Shown: positions 10,514-21,600 of the stretch, in pieces
Layout of the letters: each line of letters begins with the position of its first letter
Numbering within the stretch: the first letter of the stretch is position 1
DNA from: Candidatus Latescibacterota bacterium
GTDB taxonomy: Bacteria; Latescibacterota; UBA2968
Assembly (NCBI GenBank): GCA_965204375.1
Contig: OZ241986.1
Location: 5,152,001 to 5,216,000, forward strand
Direction of reading: 5' to 3'
Length of the DNA: 64,000 bases
Translations under genes and position numbers: made by a program
Notes under the pieces: generated by a model
The model's input: only the letters and a program-made list of their open reading frames with translations
Told to the model about the DNA's origin: nothing
The model's database searches: none

Positions 10514-11596
10514 TCAGACCGCAAATTTCTGTGCGACAAAAATATCGGCGCGCCGGCCCAGCACCGCAATATCTTTAATCTGTTCAATCAGCGTCAAATT
10601 GGTCCGCGCCAGCGCACGCTTGATCGCCTCCCACTCACTCGAAAGAACCACAACAATACCGTCAGGGCGCAAAACCCGGTCAATCTCCGCAAAAGCAGAC
10701 TCATAAAGCGCGCGGAGTTCAAAAACAGACCCAACCTGACGGCCCCAGGGCGGATTGGTCGCAACCTTATCAACAGACTGATCGGACAGAGGCAATCGAC
10801 GCGCATCCCAGTGAAAAACATCGCGCGGCTTATGGCGATTGCCAAAATTTTCCAGCGTATCTGCAACAGCTTGCTCGTCAATATCCCCACCCTGAACCAG
10901 CGCATAGCGACCCGCAAGCGCGCGCTCAATCATAACCGTACCCGCACCGCACATCGGATCCAGAAAAATATCGCCATCTTCTGGACGGGTGAGCTGAACG
11001 AGTGCCCGCGCAATCGTGGGACGCAGCGACGCCGGGCGATTGGCAATTTTATACGTGCGATGGCGCATCGTGCGATCCGTAAGCCGCAACCCCAGACGCA
11101 CCTGCCTGCCGGTCTGTTGCAACCACAATTCCAGATTGGCATCATCGGGCACAAGACGCCATTTGGGAAAGCGGCGCCCCACAGCCCGTTCAACCGCCAC
11201 CTGCATCTGGTTGCGACGGTACGATTGCCAGCCCTGCATAGATGCCTGAACAATAACGCGATAGCTCGTCCGCCCTCTGGGCAACCCATTGAACTGCCTG
11301 TGAATATTGAGCGCCGGAATCAAATCGGGTATCTCACCTATGGTATTGAGATCCTCGCGCTCTCCGCTCAGCGGCACATCTGCAAGATGCAAAAAAACAT
11401 CCTCCACAGTCCCCAGTTGGCGCAACGCGAGCGGATTGCCTCGCCAGTTGAACTGTACCAGATCGTAATCTCGCACGCGGTCTGTCCGCACATTGGAAAG
11501 GCGATCCCCAAAACAAAACCGCAACTCCCGCACAGTAACCTGCCCAATGCCCTTGAATGACGTCGTATATAAAGTCGTCACAGTATCTTTGCTCAA
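10514..11596 (-). CDS. THUMP-domain RNA m2G methyltransferase (Trm14/RlmL-like)
   Basis: ASLRPTIA, LDPMCGAGT, ATNPPWG. Confidence 0.85.
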   Translation of the reverse strand: MSKDTVTTLYTTSFKGIGQVTVRELRFCFGDRLSNVRTDRVRDYDLVQFNWRGNPLALRQLGTVEDVFLHLADVPLSGEREDLNTIGEIPDLIPALNIHRQFNGLPRGRTSYRVIVQASMQGWQSYRRNQMQVAVERAVGRRFPKWRLVPDDANLELWLQQTGRQVRLGLRLTDRTMRHRTYKIANRPASLRPTIARALVQLTRPEDGDIFLDPMCGAGTVMIERALAGRYALVQGGDIDEQAVADTLENFGNRHKPRDVFHWDARRLPLSDQSVDKVATNPPWGRQVGSVFELRALYESAFAEIDRVLRPDGIVVVLSSEWEAIKRALARTNLTLIEQIKDIAVLGRRADIFVAQKFAV

Positions 11597-11676
11597 ATCG
11601 TCGAAACGACATAAAGTAAATTTTTATTTTGCAAAACCATAAGAAAGTAAATATAATGCTCTGCAATTCAAGATAA

Positions 11677-11820
11677 ATTTTTACGACCAAAGAAGTGGGA
11701 GAAGGCACGGGACTGGGTCTTTCGGTTAGTTATGGTCTCATCCAGGAGCACAGAGGCCGAATTGGGGTGAACAGTCAACCGGGCAAAGGTACTGAGTTCC
11801 AGATTTATCTTCCCGTTAGA
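11677..11820 (+). pseudogene. Remnant of a sensor histidine kinase HATPase C-terminus
   Basis: [45 protein letters not shown] (F and G2 boxes), with no upstream kinase body. Confidence 0.75.
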
Positions 11821-11850
11821 CGAATAGACGAACCCCGCCACCCAAAATGT

Positions 11851-11910
11851 ATCCGCAGATGGACGCAGATGGACGCAGATGGACGCAGATGGACGCAGAT
11901 GAACGCAGAC
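11851..11910. repeat. 10-bp tandem repeat (GGACGCAGAT), 6 units
   Basis: ATCCGCAGAT (GGACGCAGAT)x4 GAACGCAGAC. Confidence 0.9.
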
Positions 11911-12146
11911 AGGGAAGACTCATCTATGAACTGGCGTGGGACACGGCGCAACGAAGAAGTACCAATAATTTTAAAACAGCTTCTAAAGTGTATAATTTTT
12001 TCGTGGTTTCTTTTTCAATCGTATAAAAAATTATACACTTTACAGAAAATTACGACTTATAGCACTTAAAATATAAAAATTTTATCTCTTTTTTTTTCAA
12101 GCACTTGAGCATTTTCAAGTGCTTTTTTTTGTATTGAACGAATTTA

Positions 12147-12162
12147 TGGCACGCATCTTGCT
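12147..12162 (+). promoter_or_regulatory. Sigma-54 (-24/-12) promoter upstream of the Sel1 gene
   Basis: TGGCACGCATCTTGCT fits TGGCACG-N4-TTGCW. An inverted repeat AAGTGTATAATTTTT...AAAAATTATACACTT lies upstream at about 11986-12040. Confidence 0.7.
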
Positions 12163-12249
12163 TTAATAACAAATCCGAACCCTGATAACAGAGGCCGATA
12201 TCTATGGTGTTTTCGACCTTATTCACAATGTCAACAAAGGAGCGTTGCG

Positions 12250-13110
12250 ATGATCAGGATGACCGAGAACAAACGGAGAACCGATGTGTGCAACCCTGTG
12301 TCCTGTTCAATCGGCATGCTTTTCATTCTTTGTCTGCTCGCTGTGCCATTGGCATGGGGGGATTATCAGGATGGCAGGATGGCATATAGCCGTGGAGACT
12401 ATGCAACAACACTCGAGGAATTGCGCCCCCTCGCCGAGCGAGGCAATGCCAGCGCGCAGTATTTCATTGGTTATATGTATTACAAAGGGCAGGGGGTGAA
12501 GAAAAACTATGCGGAGGCTGTGATATGGCTTCGCAAGGCCGCCGAGCAAGGCGATGCCCGTGCCCAACTCTTCCTTCGCCGGATAGGTAATAAAAGCCAT
12601 TGTCCAGATGCAAAGGCCGCGAAATGGCTTCGCAAAGCTGCCGAACAAGGCGATGCCAATGCTCAACTCGCGCTTGCTGGCAGGTATTTCAGAGGTCACG
12701 GCGTCGCCAAAGACGATAAGGAAGCCGCGAAGTGGCTTCATAAGGCTGCTGAGCAAGGCCATGCCAAGTCTCAGTTCGCACTTGCCAACAGGTATTTCAG
12801 AGGTCACGGCGTCGCCAAAGACGATAAGGAAGCCGCGAAGTGGTTTCGCAAGGCCGCCGAACAAGGCTATGTCCTGGCCCAATTCACCCTGGGTAGATTC
12901 TATGTTACGGGTATGGCGACACTCAGCGTGTCGAAAGACGTTGTGGAGGCGCATAAGTGGTTGAGCCTATCTGCGGCACAGGACCACACCAAAGCCCGCG
13001 AAAAACGCGACGAGATTGCCAAACTGATGACTGCTGAGCAACTTGCCAAAGCCGAGCGCCGGGCGTGCGAATGGGAATGGAAAAGGATTGAAAAAAAAGG
13101 GCCAGAGTAA
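12250..13110 (+). CDS. Secreted Sel1-like repeat protein
   Basis: Repeated A..WLRKAAEQG.A.AQ..L units; signal-like hydrophobic segment; AAGGAG RBS. Confidence 0.9.
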   Translation: MIRMTENKRRTDVCNPVSCSIGMLFILCLLAVPLAWGDYQDGRMAYSRGDYATTLEELRPLAERGNASAQYFIGYMYYKGQGVKKNYAEAVIWLRKAAEQGDARAQLFLRRIGNKSHCPDAKAAKWLRKAAEQGDANAQLALAGRYFRGHGVAKDDKEAAKWLHKAAEQGHAKSQFALANRYFRGHGVAKDDKEAAKWFRKAAEQGYVLAQFTLGRFYVTGMATLSVSKDVVEAHKWLSLSAAQDHTKAREKRDEIAKLMTAEQLAKAERRACEWEWKRIEKKGPE

Positions 13111-13238
13111 GCCAGCAGTGCCAAACACACTTTGATGTAGAGCGTAATATGTAACGCGAATCAACGGAGCGGGGTACAAGGGGGCGTTTTCCAGCCCTGT
13201 TCATAGACGGAACGGGGTACCTTCGTGGATTTCACGTC

Positions 13239-14000
<762 letters not shown>

Positions 14001-15335
14001 TCACCTCTCAGCCCCGTCGGTAACAGCTACAATCGCATCGCAAACAATATCTATCATGTAATCTATCTCGCCTTTGGAAACAGCATAAGGAGGCATAAGA
14101 ACAAGCGTATTGACCAGCGGGCGAATGAGAAGTCCATTTTCCCGGGCAACATCGCACACCCGGTGTCCTATGCGGTCTTCAAACGGATATGGCGTTTTAT
14201 TCTCCGCATCCAACACCAGTTCAATAGCCACAATAAAACCCCGTTGACGAACATCCCCCACATGTGCCAGATCCCTGAACCGCTGCAACTGCTCCGCGAG
14301 ATACGCGATCTTATATTGCAATTTCTCCAGCGTGCGATCTGTCTCAAATTTCTCTATTGTCGCAAGCGCAGCCACACAACCGAGTGGATTGCCCGTGTAC
14401 GTATGCCCGTGAAAAAACGTCTTCATCTCCGCATAATCGCCCAAAAAGGCATCGTAAATCTCATCCGTAGCCAGCGTAGCCGCCACCGGAAGATACCCCC
14501 CGGTAAGCCCCTTGCCCAGACAGAGCAAATCGGGTGCAACATCTTCGTGTTCACAGGCAAACATCTTGCCCGTTCGCCCAAATCCCGTAGCGACCTCATC
14601 CGCAATCAGAAGCACATCGTATCTATCGCACAACTCAGCCGCGTATTTGAGAAAACCCGGCGGATGCATAAGCATGCCCCCTGCCCCCTGCACGAGCGGT
14701 TCCACGATAAAAGCCGCGAGGCGATCCGCGTGTTCGGCAATAATCTTCTCCAGGGTATCAAAACACGTCCTATCGTGAGGAAAAGGCGCGGCAATAGAAG
14801 AAAAAAGCAGGGGCCGATACACACTGTGAAAATGCGCGATCCCCCCCACGCTCACCGAACCAATCGTATCGCCGTGATAGCTCTCCGTCAGATGCAAAAA
14901 AGAGTCCTTCTCCCGACGCGGATGTGCCCGCTGTTGCCAGTATTGAAACGCCATCTTAACCGCAACTTCAACCGCAGTCGCGCCACTATCTGAAAAAAAA
15001 ACCCGACTGAGACCCCTCGGCGCAATCTGCACCAGCTTCTCCGCAAGTTGAACAGCCGGAATATTGGACAGGCCCAACAGCGTACTGTGCGCTACGCGGT
15101 CGAGTTGCGCGCGAATAGCACCGTCAATCTCCGCAACGCGGTGCCCGTGCACATTGCACCACATAGACGAAAACCCATCGAGATAGCGCTTGCCGTCGAT
15201 ATCCACGAGATAAACACCATCGCCGTGCGAAATAATAACAGGCTCCTCATCCGCATAATCTCGCATCTGCGTAAACGGATGCCAGACAACCGCACGGTCG
15301 ATATCCTTCAAATGGCGTTTCTGCGCATCGTCCAT
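14001..15335 (-). CDS. bioA: Adenosylmethionine-8-amino-7-oxononanoate transaminase
   Basis: VWHPFTQM, YHGDT, DEVATGFGRTG, LGKGLTGG, FFHGHTYTGN; adjacent to bioD. Confidence 0.96.
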   Translation of the reverse strand: MDDAQKRHLKDIDRAVVWHPFTQMRDYADEEPVIISHGDGVYLVDIDGKRYLDGFSSMWCNVHGHRVAEIDGAIRAQLDRVAHSTLLGLSNIPAVQLAEKLVQIAPRGLSRVFFSDSGATAVEVAVKMAFQYWQQRAHPRREKDSFLHLTESYHGDTIGSVSVGGIAHFHSVYRPLLFSSIAAPFPHDRTCFDTLEKIIAEHADRLAAFIVEPLVQGAGGMLMHPPGFLKYAAELCDRYDVLLIADEVATGFGRTGKMFACEHEDVAPDLLCLGKGLTGGYLPVAATLATDEIYDAFLGDYAEMKTFFHGHTYTGNPLGCVAALATIEKFETDRTLEKLQYKIAYLAEQLQRFRDLAHVGDVRQRGFIVAIELVLDAENKTPYPFEDRIGHRVCDVARENGLLIRPLVNTLVLMPPYAVSKGEIDYMIDIVCDAIVAVTDGAER

Positions 15336-15338
15336 CGC

Positions 15339-16325
15339 TCATCGTCCATCGCTCATCGCCGCGCCAACCTCCCGCGCAACACGGGGGCGACGCAACTTCC
15401 AGATCATACCATCGTAAATAAAATGCATAAACGACGTGCCATACGTAAAAACCAGAAAAAACGGAAGAGAAAGAAATTTGAGACCGTATAACAAGCCGCT
15501 GACCACAACAATAAAACCCGCAGTATAGGGCACAATACGCTTTCCCGCGCGCGTCAGCACAGGTGACGCAAACGCATCGAGTTTTGCCTTATTGTGAACC
15601 GTAAGCGCGACAAGGGCGATATATTCCGCGGCGTGGCTAAAGCTGGTCGCAATAAAAAGCGCGTCTGACGACAAAATGGGCACAACGCCATACATAAACG
15701 CAACCGAAGCAAAAAAAAGCAATTTGGGCCAGTTGATCTGCGCGCCCCGAAACTCGTAAATAAGCCACGCAATAGTCACAGCGATGGCTGCGACATATAT
15801 CCCTTGCGCCCCCACAGGCGGAAGCGGCGTCCCGATAAGCGTATGCAAATAATGCATAACGCGACCTTCGACATCGGCCTGAAAAGCAAACAGATACCCA
15901 AAGCCCGCAATGCCCCAGAGATACGAAGTCCAGGCATCGAGCTGTTTGTGACCCCATTGCCCCTTCCCGGAATAAATCCGCAAAATGCCGTACTTTTGAC
16001 GAACAAAATGGAAATAATTAAAAAGATACCAGAACGCGAACATCTCCGGCTCTTCAACCCGAAAATAATAACACAGAGCGACAAATCCCAGACACAGCAC
16101 CGGGGTTATGAGATAGATCAGACGCCGCCGTTCAAATTCAATGCGGTCGAGATAAACGAGGGGAAAGGTGAAATACCGGTGGGCAACAAATGACGTGACC
16201 GCAATGAGACGGAATGTTTCACTGAGGTCAGGGAGAAGATAAGGAGCGGCAAAAAAGACCAGCCATCCGAGCGAAATACAGCACAAATCGACAGACGGGG
16301 AAATAATCCAGTGAGATTTTTTCAT
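15339..16325 (-). CDS. Polytopic membrane protein with several His-containing motifs
   Basis: Many hydrophobic segments; AHRYFT, HFVRQKYG, SHAAEY, HFIYDGMIW. Confidence 0.7.
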   Translation of the reverse strand: MKKSHWIISPSVDLCCISLGWLVFFAAPYLLPDLSETFRLIAVTSFVAHRYFTFPLVYLDRIEFERRRLIYLITPVLCLGFVALCYYFRVEEPEMFAFWYLFNYFHFVRQKYGILRIYSGKGQWGHKQLDAWTSYLWGIAGFGYLFAFQADVEGRVMHYLHTLIGTPLPPVGAQGIYVAAIAVTIAWLIYEFRGAQINWPKLLFFASVAFMYGVVPILSSDALFIATSFSHAAEYIALVALTVHNKAKLDAFASPVLTRAGKRIVPYTAGFIVVVSGLLYGLKFLSLPFFLVFTYGTSFMHFIYDGMIWKLRRPRVAREVGAAMSDGR

Positions 16326-16331
16326 CGCATA

Positions 16332-17306
16332 CTACGCGCGGGACGCGCCCAGGGTTTCGAGGACTTGCTTGGGAATTTTGCAAACAAAAGTATAAGCGGG
16401 ATCGTACATATTGCCCATATCGTATTCGACCGCCTCCCCCAGCAACACATGCACGGTGCGCTCATCCAACCCAAAATCAGACACGAGCCAGCGGATCATT
16501 TCAGTGGTCGCGTGTTCCACACACTGATCGAGTGGACGGGCATTGCCCACCGTAAAAATATGCGTCTCGTTTTCACCCCGCGGCCAGTTAATCGTTTTGC
16601 CCTTGTGCAGATGAACCGTAAAACGGACATCAAAAGAAATTTCAATACCCGTACCCACAATTTCACCATCGCCCTGAAGCGCGTGCCCATCGCCAATGTG
16701 AAAAAGCGCGCCCTCGACAAAAACTGGCAAATAAACCGTCGTGCCCTCGTTAAAACGCTTGTAATCCATATTCCCGCCGTGCGTGGATGACGTCGCTGTC
16801 GAAATCGCCTGCCCCCGCGGCGGCGCAACCCCAAAACATCCGGGATGCGGATTGAGCGGCAAAACCAGATCGCTTAACGGACGGGTAGCGGGACTGCCAT
16901 AACCGGGCGTGGTATGGTCGCGGTTGCGAGAAACCTCTACCGGGCGTGCCGTGCGATTTTCAAAATCGATCGCCCATAAAACCCGCGAAATGTCATCCTC
17001 AAACTTGGGCACATAACCCGGATCGAGCACATTGGGCGCAACGCGCGCAGACGTATAGCCATGCGAGCGATTGGGCATCAGGTGATCAAACACAACCGAA
17101 ATCGAATCCCCCGGCTCTGCACCCTCAATATAAAAAGGACCCGTCTGGGGATTGCCACCCTCGGTCACTTGCTCGCCCGTCATATCCCTGCCACCCGCAC
17201 AAACCGTCGTCGTCGAAAGCGTATCACCACTTGCAATGGTAAGGACAGGTTCGTGTGATCCGATGGTCGTGTGATAATGCGTGGGGGTAAAGTTATGATG
17301 TGCCAT
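16332..17306 (-). CDS. Acetamidase/formamidase family protein
   Basis: TGPFYIEGAEPGD, HGGNMD, IGDGHALQGDGE. Confidence 0.92.
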   Translation of the reverse strand: MAHHNFTPTHYHTTIGSHEPVLTIASGDTLSTTTVCAGGRDMTGEQVTEGGNPQTGPFYIEGAEPGDSISVVFDHLMPNRSHGYTSARVAPNVLDPGYVPKFEDDISRVLWAIDFENRTARPVEVSRNRDHTTPGYGSPATRPLSDLVLPLNPHPGCFGVAPPRGQAISTATSSTHGGNMDYKRFNEGTTVYLPVFVEGALFHIGDGHALQGDGEIVGTGIEISFDVRFTVHLHKGKTINWPRGENETHIFTVGNARPLDQCVEHATTEMIRWLVSDFGLDERTVHVLLGEAVEYDMGNMYDPAYTFVCKIPKQVLETLGASRA

Positions 17307-17327
17307 AAATACTCCTAAAAGATAATG

Positions 17328-18239
17328 TCACGCAATCATCCTTATTTTCTCCTGTGCCTCCCAGGCCCGCTCCCATGACTTACCGCGATCCTCACTGATA
17401 TAAAGCGTCTTATCCACGGCGGCCCAAGCACACCCATCTTTTGAAAACGCAATGTGAAAGGTATCGATATTGTGCGGAACTGTTCCTGGAAAACCCGCTG
17501 TAACGTGTTCCCAGGTACCGCCCGCATCATCCGATCTATAAAGCTGGCCTGAAGCCTCTCCGTGTGGCCCCTTGCTCACCGTAGCCAGCACACAATCCGG
17601 ATCATCGGGATGCACGGCAATAGCGCGACCGTAATAATAGGGAAAACCCTCAGATCGGTGGGACCATGACCTCCCGCGATCATCGCTCACAAACACCGCA
17701 CGCGCCGTATTTGCATACACGCGGTCATCATCCCGGGGCGAAGTAGCCACCTGGTGAACATCATCGTGCAAATCAGGCGTCACGGGTTCCCATGTCTCAC
17801 CGCAATCTGCCGAACGCATAATACTACCCACGTGAATATCGGCATAAACCCAGCCATCCGTTGTCCTGGCAAAACTGCGCACATCAGGTGGACCCCCCCA
17901 GGGCGTGTACCACTTATCGCGCACCGAAAGCTGGTCAAAAGACTCAACGCGATGCGTCTTCCCATCGTCATAACAATAAATATGGGACTCGCCCGTACCG
18001 ATAAGCAAACGCAGAGGTTCTTCGTCAACAATAATCAAACACTCGATATCCTGCTCAATACCCGTGGCAACCGTCTGGGATCCCGTTTCGGTACATACAA
18101 ACAAATCACCACTCTTAAGAGCAACAACGCGATAAACCTCGCCTTTGGCAAGCGCGGCAACATCGCCCTCTACAATCTGCACAGGATCGGCATGCTCCTC
18201 AAAACCCGTATGCACTGTTCGCGACGTAGCAATAAGCAT
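17328..18239 (-). CDS. BNR/Asp-box beta-propeller protein
   Basis: Repeated SxDxGxTW Asp-boxes; WYTPWGGPPDVRS. Confidence 0.8.
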   Translation of the reverse strand: MLIATSRTVHTGFEEHADPVQIVEGDVAALAKGEVYRVVALKSGDLFVCTETGSQTVATGIEQDIECLIIVDEEPLRLLIGTGESHIYCYDDGKTHRVESFDQLSVRDKWYTPWGGPPDVRSFARTTDGWVYADIHVGSIMRSADCGETWEPVTPDLHDDVHQVATSPRDDDRVYANTARAVFVSDDRGRSWSHRSEGFPYYYGRAIAVHPDDPDCVLATVSKGPHGEASGQLYRSDDAGGTWEHVTAGFPGTVPHNIDTFHIAFSKDGCAWAAVDKTLYISEDRGKSWERAWEAQEKIRMIA

Positions 18240-18397
18240 AACGCACCTCCGTGTTTAAGTTTAAAAGCAATTTAACCGATCGCCCGACCACTGTAAACCC
18301 CAAAATCCATTGCCTGACAATTCTAAAAACTTGACAAACTCAGAAATGTCGGATTATTTGTATTGTCTTTCCATTCTACATAAAGGAGATCAATACC

Positions 18398-19249
18398 ATG
18401 AATAATTGGAAACCCACCGACGAACAAAAACACCAATGGGAAGAAAAGGGATTCTTTATCGAGCGCAACGTCGTACCAGAAAGCATTGCTTTTGACATGC
18501 GCGGCGTTATAAAAAACGAATTGCTCAAACCCGAGCCAAGTGGCAACCCCAATCCAGACCCCATGGATCCCATGGGTGACACCCCTGAAGCGCGCGCCCT
18601 GAGATTTCGAAAATTGGGCAATTTCTGCGTCGAATCCCCCCTCATCTGGCATACATTTCACACCGGACGAGAAATGCTCGCCCTGGCGCAATATTTTTTG
18701 GGCAGCGACATCATCGTCAAATTCAACAGCGTATTTGTAAAACCCGCCAAAACGGGCAGCGCAACACCCTGGCATCAGGACAACGGCCTCTGGCGCGACG
18801 GAGAAACCGAACCCTTTAATGCGTGGATGGCACTCGACCCGGCAACGCGCGAAAATGGGTGTATGCAATTTGTTCCGGGCAGTCACAAAGGTGAGATAGT
18901 ACAACATGTCATGTACGAAGACAGCATTCACGGTGAACTGCCCCGCGACCTCGTAAAAACGCGCATAAAACAAAGCGGCACAGAACACATCGAACTCAAC
19001 CCGGGCGACGTGGTCTGCTGGCACAGCAGCCTGTGGCATTACAGCCCGCCAAACCCCAGTCCAAACAGCCGCATAGCCATAGCGGGCGTGTGGACAAACC
19101 CCAAAATCAACGCCGGACGCATGCGTCCCCTACACCGCTGGGGCATGAAAAACGGCGAAATATGCACCGCATTTCCCCCCGAATTCGTCCAGAACGAAAA
19201 CGGCAAGCCCCACCACCCGGGAGACTTTCCCAAAGCAATAAAACCATGA
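18398..19249 (+). CDS. Phytanoyl-CoA dioxygenase (PhyH) family Fe(II)/2OG enzyme
   Basis: TPWHQD, WMALD, NGCMQFVPGSH, LWHYSPPN...R. Confidence 0.9.
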   Translation: MNNWKPTDEQKHQWEEKGFFIERNVVPESIAFDMRGVIKNELLKPEPSGNPNPDPMDPMGDTPEARALRFRKLGNFCVESPLIWHTFHTGREMLALAQYFLGSDIIVKFNSVFVKPAKTGSATPWHQDNGLWRDGETEPFNAWMALDPATRENGCMQFVPGSHKGEIVQHVMYEDSIHGELPRDLVKTRIKQSGTEHIELNPGDVVCWHSSLWHYSPPNPSPNSRIAIAGVWTNPKINAGRMRPLHRWGMKNGEICTAFPPEFVQNENGKPHHPGDFPKAIKP

Positions 19250-21462
19250 ACAAACAGGGAACCATAGACCGTTCCATCGGTCTGGCAGGCGCAACAGGCG
19301 TGGGCATTGGTGCCATTGTCGGAGGCGGCATACTCGCACTTGCAGGCGTGGCCTATGCGACCACTGGACCGGCGACACTGCTCGTCTTCGCGGCCAATGG
19401 TGTAATAGCAGTACTGACAGCATTGAGCTTTGCCGAGATGTCAACCGCATTTCCCCAGTCCGGCGGCACCTATACATTTGCCAAAAACGTATTATCCGTA
19501 CGCGCGGCTTTCGCTTTTGGATGGGTAGGCTGGTTTGCATCCATCGTCGCTGGCGTACTCTACGCGATGGGGTTTGCATCCTATGCTGCGATAGCACTAC
19601 AAGAATGCGGGCGTCTTCTCTTTGGCGTCGCACCAGAATGGCTTGTTGGACAGGCGATGGTCGCAACACTGGCCATCTGCGCAACAGCCTATTATACTTT
19701 TGGCCTCATTCGCACCAGCGGAGGCGGGGACAACTGGATCAACTTTGCAAAAATGCTCGTCTTTGCCGTGCTTATCGGCGGCGGTCTATGGGCACTCACG
19801 GGCCGCAGCCTGGGAGCCATACACGCCAGCCTGACCCCATTTCTCACCCATGGAACAGCGGGATTTTTTAAAGCCATGGGATATACCTTTATCGCCCTCC
19901 AGGGCTTTGACCTCATCGCTGCCGTCGCTGGCGAAGTACGCACTCCCGAACGCACATTGCCGCGAGCCATGCTCTTGTCTCTCGCAGCGGCTCTGGGCGT
20001 CTATTTGCCCCTGCTCTTTGTCATCGCGACTGTAGGTGTGCCACCCGGACATACGATAGGTGGCCTGAGCGCCAACCATCCCGAAGTGGTAGTGGCTCTC
20101 GCGGCGCGACATTTTTTAGGTGAAACGGGTTTCTGGCTCGTACTGGTCGCCGCCATCTTGTCCATGCTATCGGCACTACAGGCCAATTTGCTGGCGGCTT
20201 CTCGCGTGGCCCTCACCATGGCGCAAGACCGCACCCTTCCCGCACCTATTGGCGAAGTACATATTCGCCATAAAACGCCCATAACCGCAATCTGTGTCAG
20301 TGCCCTGACAATGGCAATCCTGCTGATGGTTGTGCCCGATGTAGCGGCTGCTGGCGCTGCGGCGAGTTTGATTTTTCTCATCTCTTTTGCCATGACGCAC
20401 TGGACCAGCATCCTGGCCCGAACGCGACGGCGAACACCCGCACCATTCCACACGCCATTATTTCCGCTCATTCCCGTTACAGGCGGTTTGTGTTGCGCCG
20501 GACTGGCACTCTTTCAGGCCATATCCGTGCCAACCGCTGGCTTGATCTCGGCGGTATGGCTGGGACTGGGCGGATTATTGTATTGGGCATTATTGGCGCG
20601 CCGCGCACGCGTTGTCGATGCCTCTGCCGAAGCCCTCGACCCACAACTGCTCCAAATGCGCGGTCGCAGTCCCCTGGTCCTCGTACCCGTGGCCAATCCT
20701 CAAAATGCCTCTGCCATGGTCGCAGTTGCCCACGCGCTCGCACCGCCAGGCGTAGGGCGCGTATTGCTATTATCCGTAGTAGCTACCCCAGAAGAGGGAT
20801 GGCGCGAGGAAGAACCACCTCATACCTTGCGCGACACACAGACAGTACTCAGAGAAGCCGTAACAGCCTCGTTTGCTGCTGGAATGGCACCCGAAGCACT
20901 GATGACCATCGCGCCACAACCCTGGCCCGAGATTGTGCGGGTTTCTCGCGCGCACCGCTGCGAGAGTTTGTTATTGGGTTTGAGCGATGTCAACAGTGCC
21001 CATCTGGAAGAACTCATCAGTTCTGTGGCGTGCGACGTGGTGGTATTACACGCGCCACCGGGTTGGCACTTAAAGAACATACATCGCGTACTGGTGCCCA
21101 CGCGAAGTCTCAGTGCCCACGACAAATTTCGCGCCCGCTTGCTGGGCAGTCTGTGCCGCACGGGCAAACGCGAAGTCACCTTTTTGCAGGTATTGCCCGA
21201 ACACAGCAGTGATTTTCAGTGTGACCGCGCACAGCGCAGACTGACGCAATATGCAAATGAAGAAGTTCCCACCAGAGCCGATGCCTTGGTGGTGCGCCAC
21301 AACAAACCCCTCGAAGCAATTACGGATATGGCAAATAACTACGACCTAACGGTTTTGGGATTGGAGCGCATTGATAAAAACCGCAGACAATTTGGACAAC
21401 TCGCACCGGCCCTCGCACAGAATATCACCTGTGCCACCATCATGATCAGCAGACGAGGATGA
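19246..21462 (+). CDS. APC-family amino-acid permease with C-terminal USP-like domains
   Basis: GAIVGGGI, FPQSGGTY, GFDLIAAVAGEV, about 12 TM segments, then LVPVANP. Start 19246 overlaps the phyH stop (ATGA). Confidence 0.88.
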   Translation: MNKQGTIDRSIGLAGATGVGIGAIVGGGILALAGVAYATTGPATLLVFAANGVIAVLTALSFAEMSTAFPQSGGTYTFAKNVLSVRAAFAFGWVGWFASIVAGVLYAMGFASYAAIALQECGRLLFGVAPEWLVGQAMVATLAICATAYYTFGLIRTSGGGDNWINFAKMLVFAVLIGGGLWALTGRSLGAIHASLTPFLTHGTAGFFKAMGYTFIALQGFDLIAAVAGEVRTPERTLPRAMLLSLAAALGVYLPLLFVIATVGVPPGHTIGGLSANHPEVVVALAARHFLGETGFWLVLVAAILSMLSALQANLLAASRVALTMAQDRTLPAPIGEVHIRHKTPITAICVSALTMAILLMVVPDVAAAGAAASLIFLISFAMTHWTSILARTRRRTPAPFHTPLFPLIPVTGGLCCAGLALFQAISVPTAGLISAVWLGLGGLLYWALLARRARVVDASAEALDPQLLQMRGRSPLVLVPVANPQNASAMVAVAHALAPPGVGRVLLLSVVATPEEGWREEEPPHTLRDTQTVLREAVTASFAAGMAPEALMTIAPQPWPEIVRVSRAHRCESLLLGLSDVNSAHLEELISSVACDVVVLHAPPGWHLKNIHRVLVPTRSLSAHDKFRARLLGSLCRTGKREVTFLQVLPEHSSDFQCDRAQRRLTQYANEEVPTRADALVVRHNKPLEAITDMANNYDLTVLGLERIDKNRRQFGQLAPALAQNITCATIMISRRG

Positions 21463-21497
21463 AGAAGTGTGAAGTATGAAGGAGGAAGTGGGAAACG

Positions 21498-21566
21498 GTA
21501 GGGGCGAAAAATTTTTCGCCCGTCATTGCGACATAATCCGGTAGGGGCGAGGCATGCCTCGCCCGT
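21498..21566. repeat. GTAG-type REP doublet
   Basis: GTAGGGGCGAAAAATTTTTCGCCCGT and GTAGGGGCGAGGCATGCCTCGCCCGT. Confidence 0.8.
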
Positions 21567-21600
21567 CGTTGGGATCCGCAGATAAAAAAAGGAGAACACC

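Noticed and set aside
11695-12069. 124-aa ORF as an intact gene
   Set aside because: Only the first ~40 codons are kinase-like; the rest is decamer repeat and AT-rich promoter DNA.
19033-19245. Long N-terminal extensions of track ORFs (also at 984, 23529, 37392, 44937, 45482, 56508)
   Set aside because: They overlap neighbouring genes or promoters; downstream starts fit the RBS and family N-termini better.
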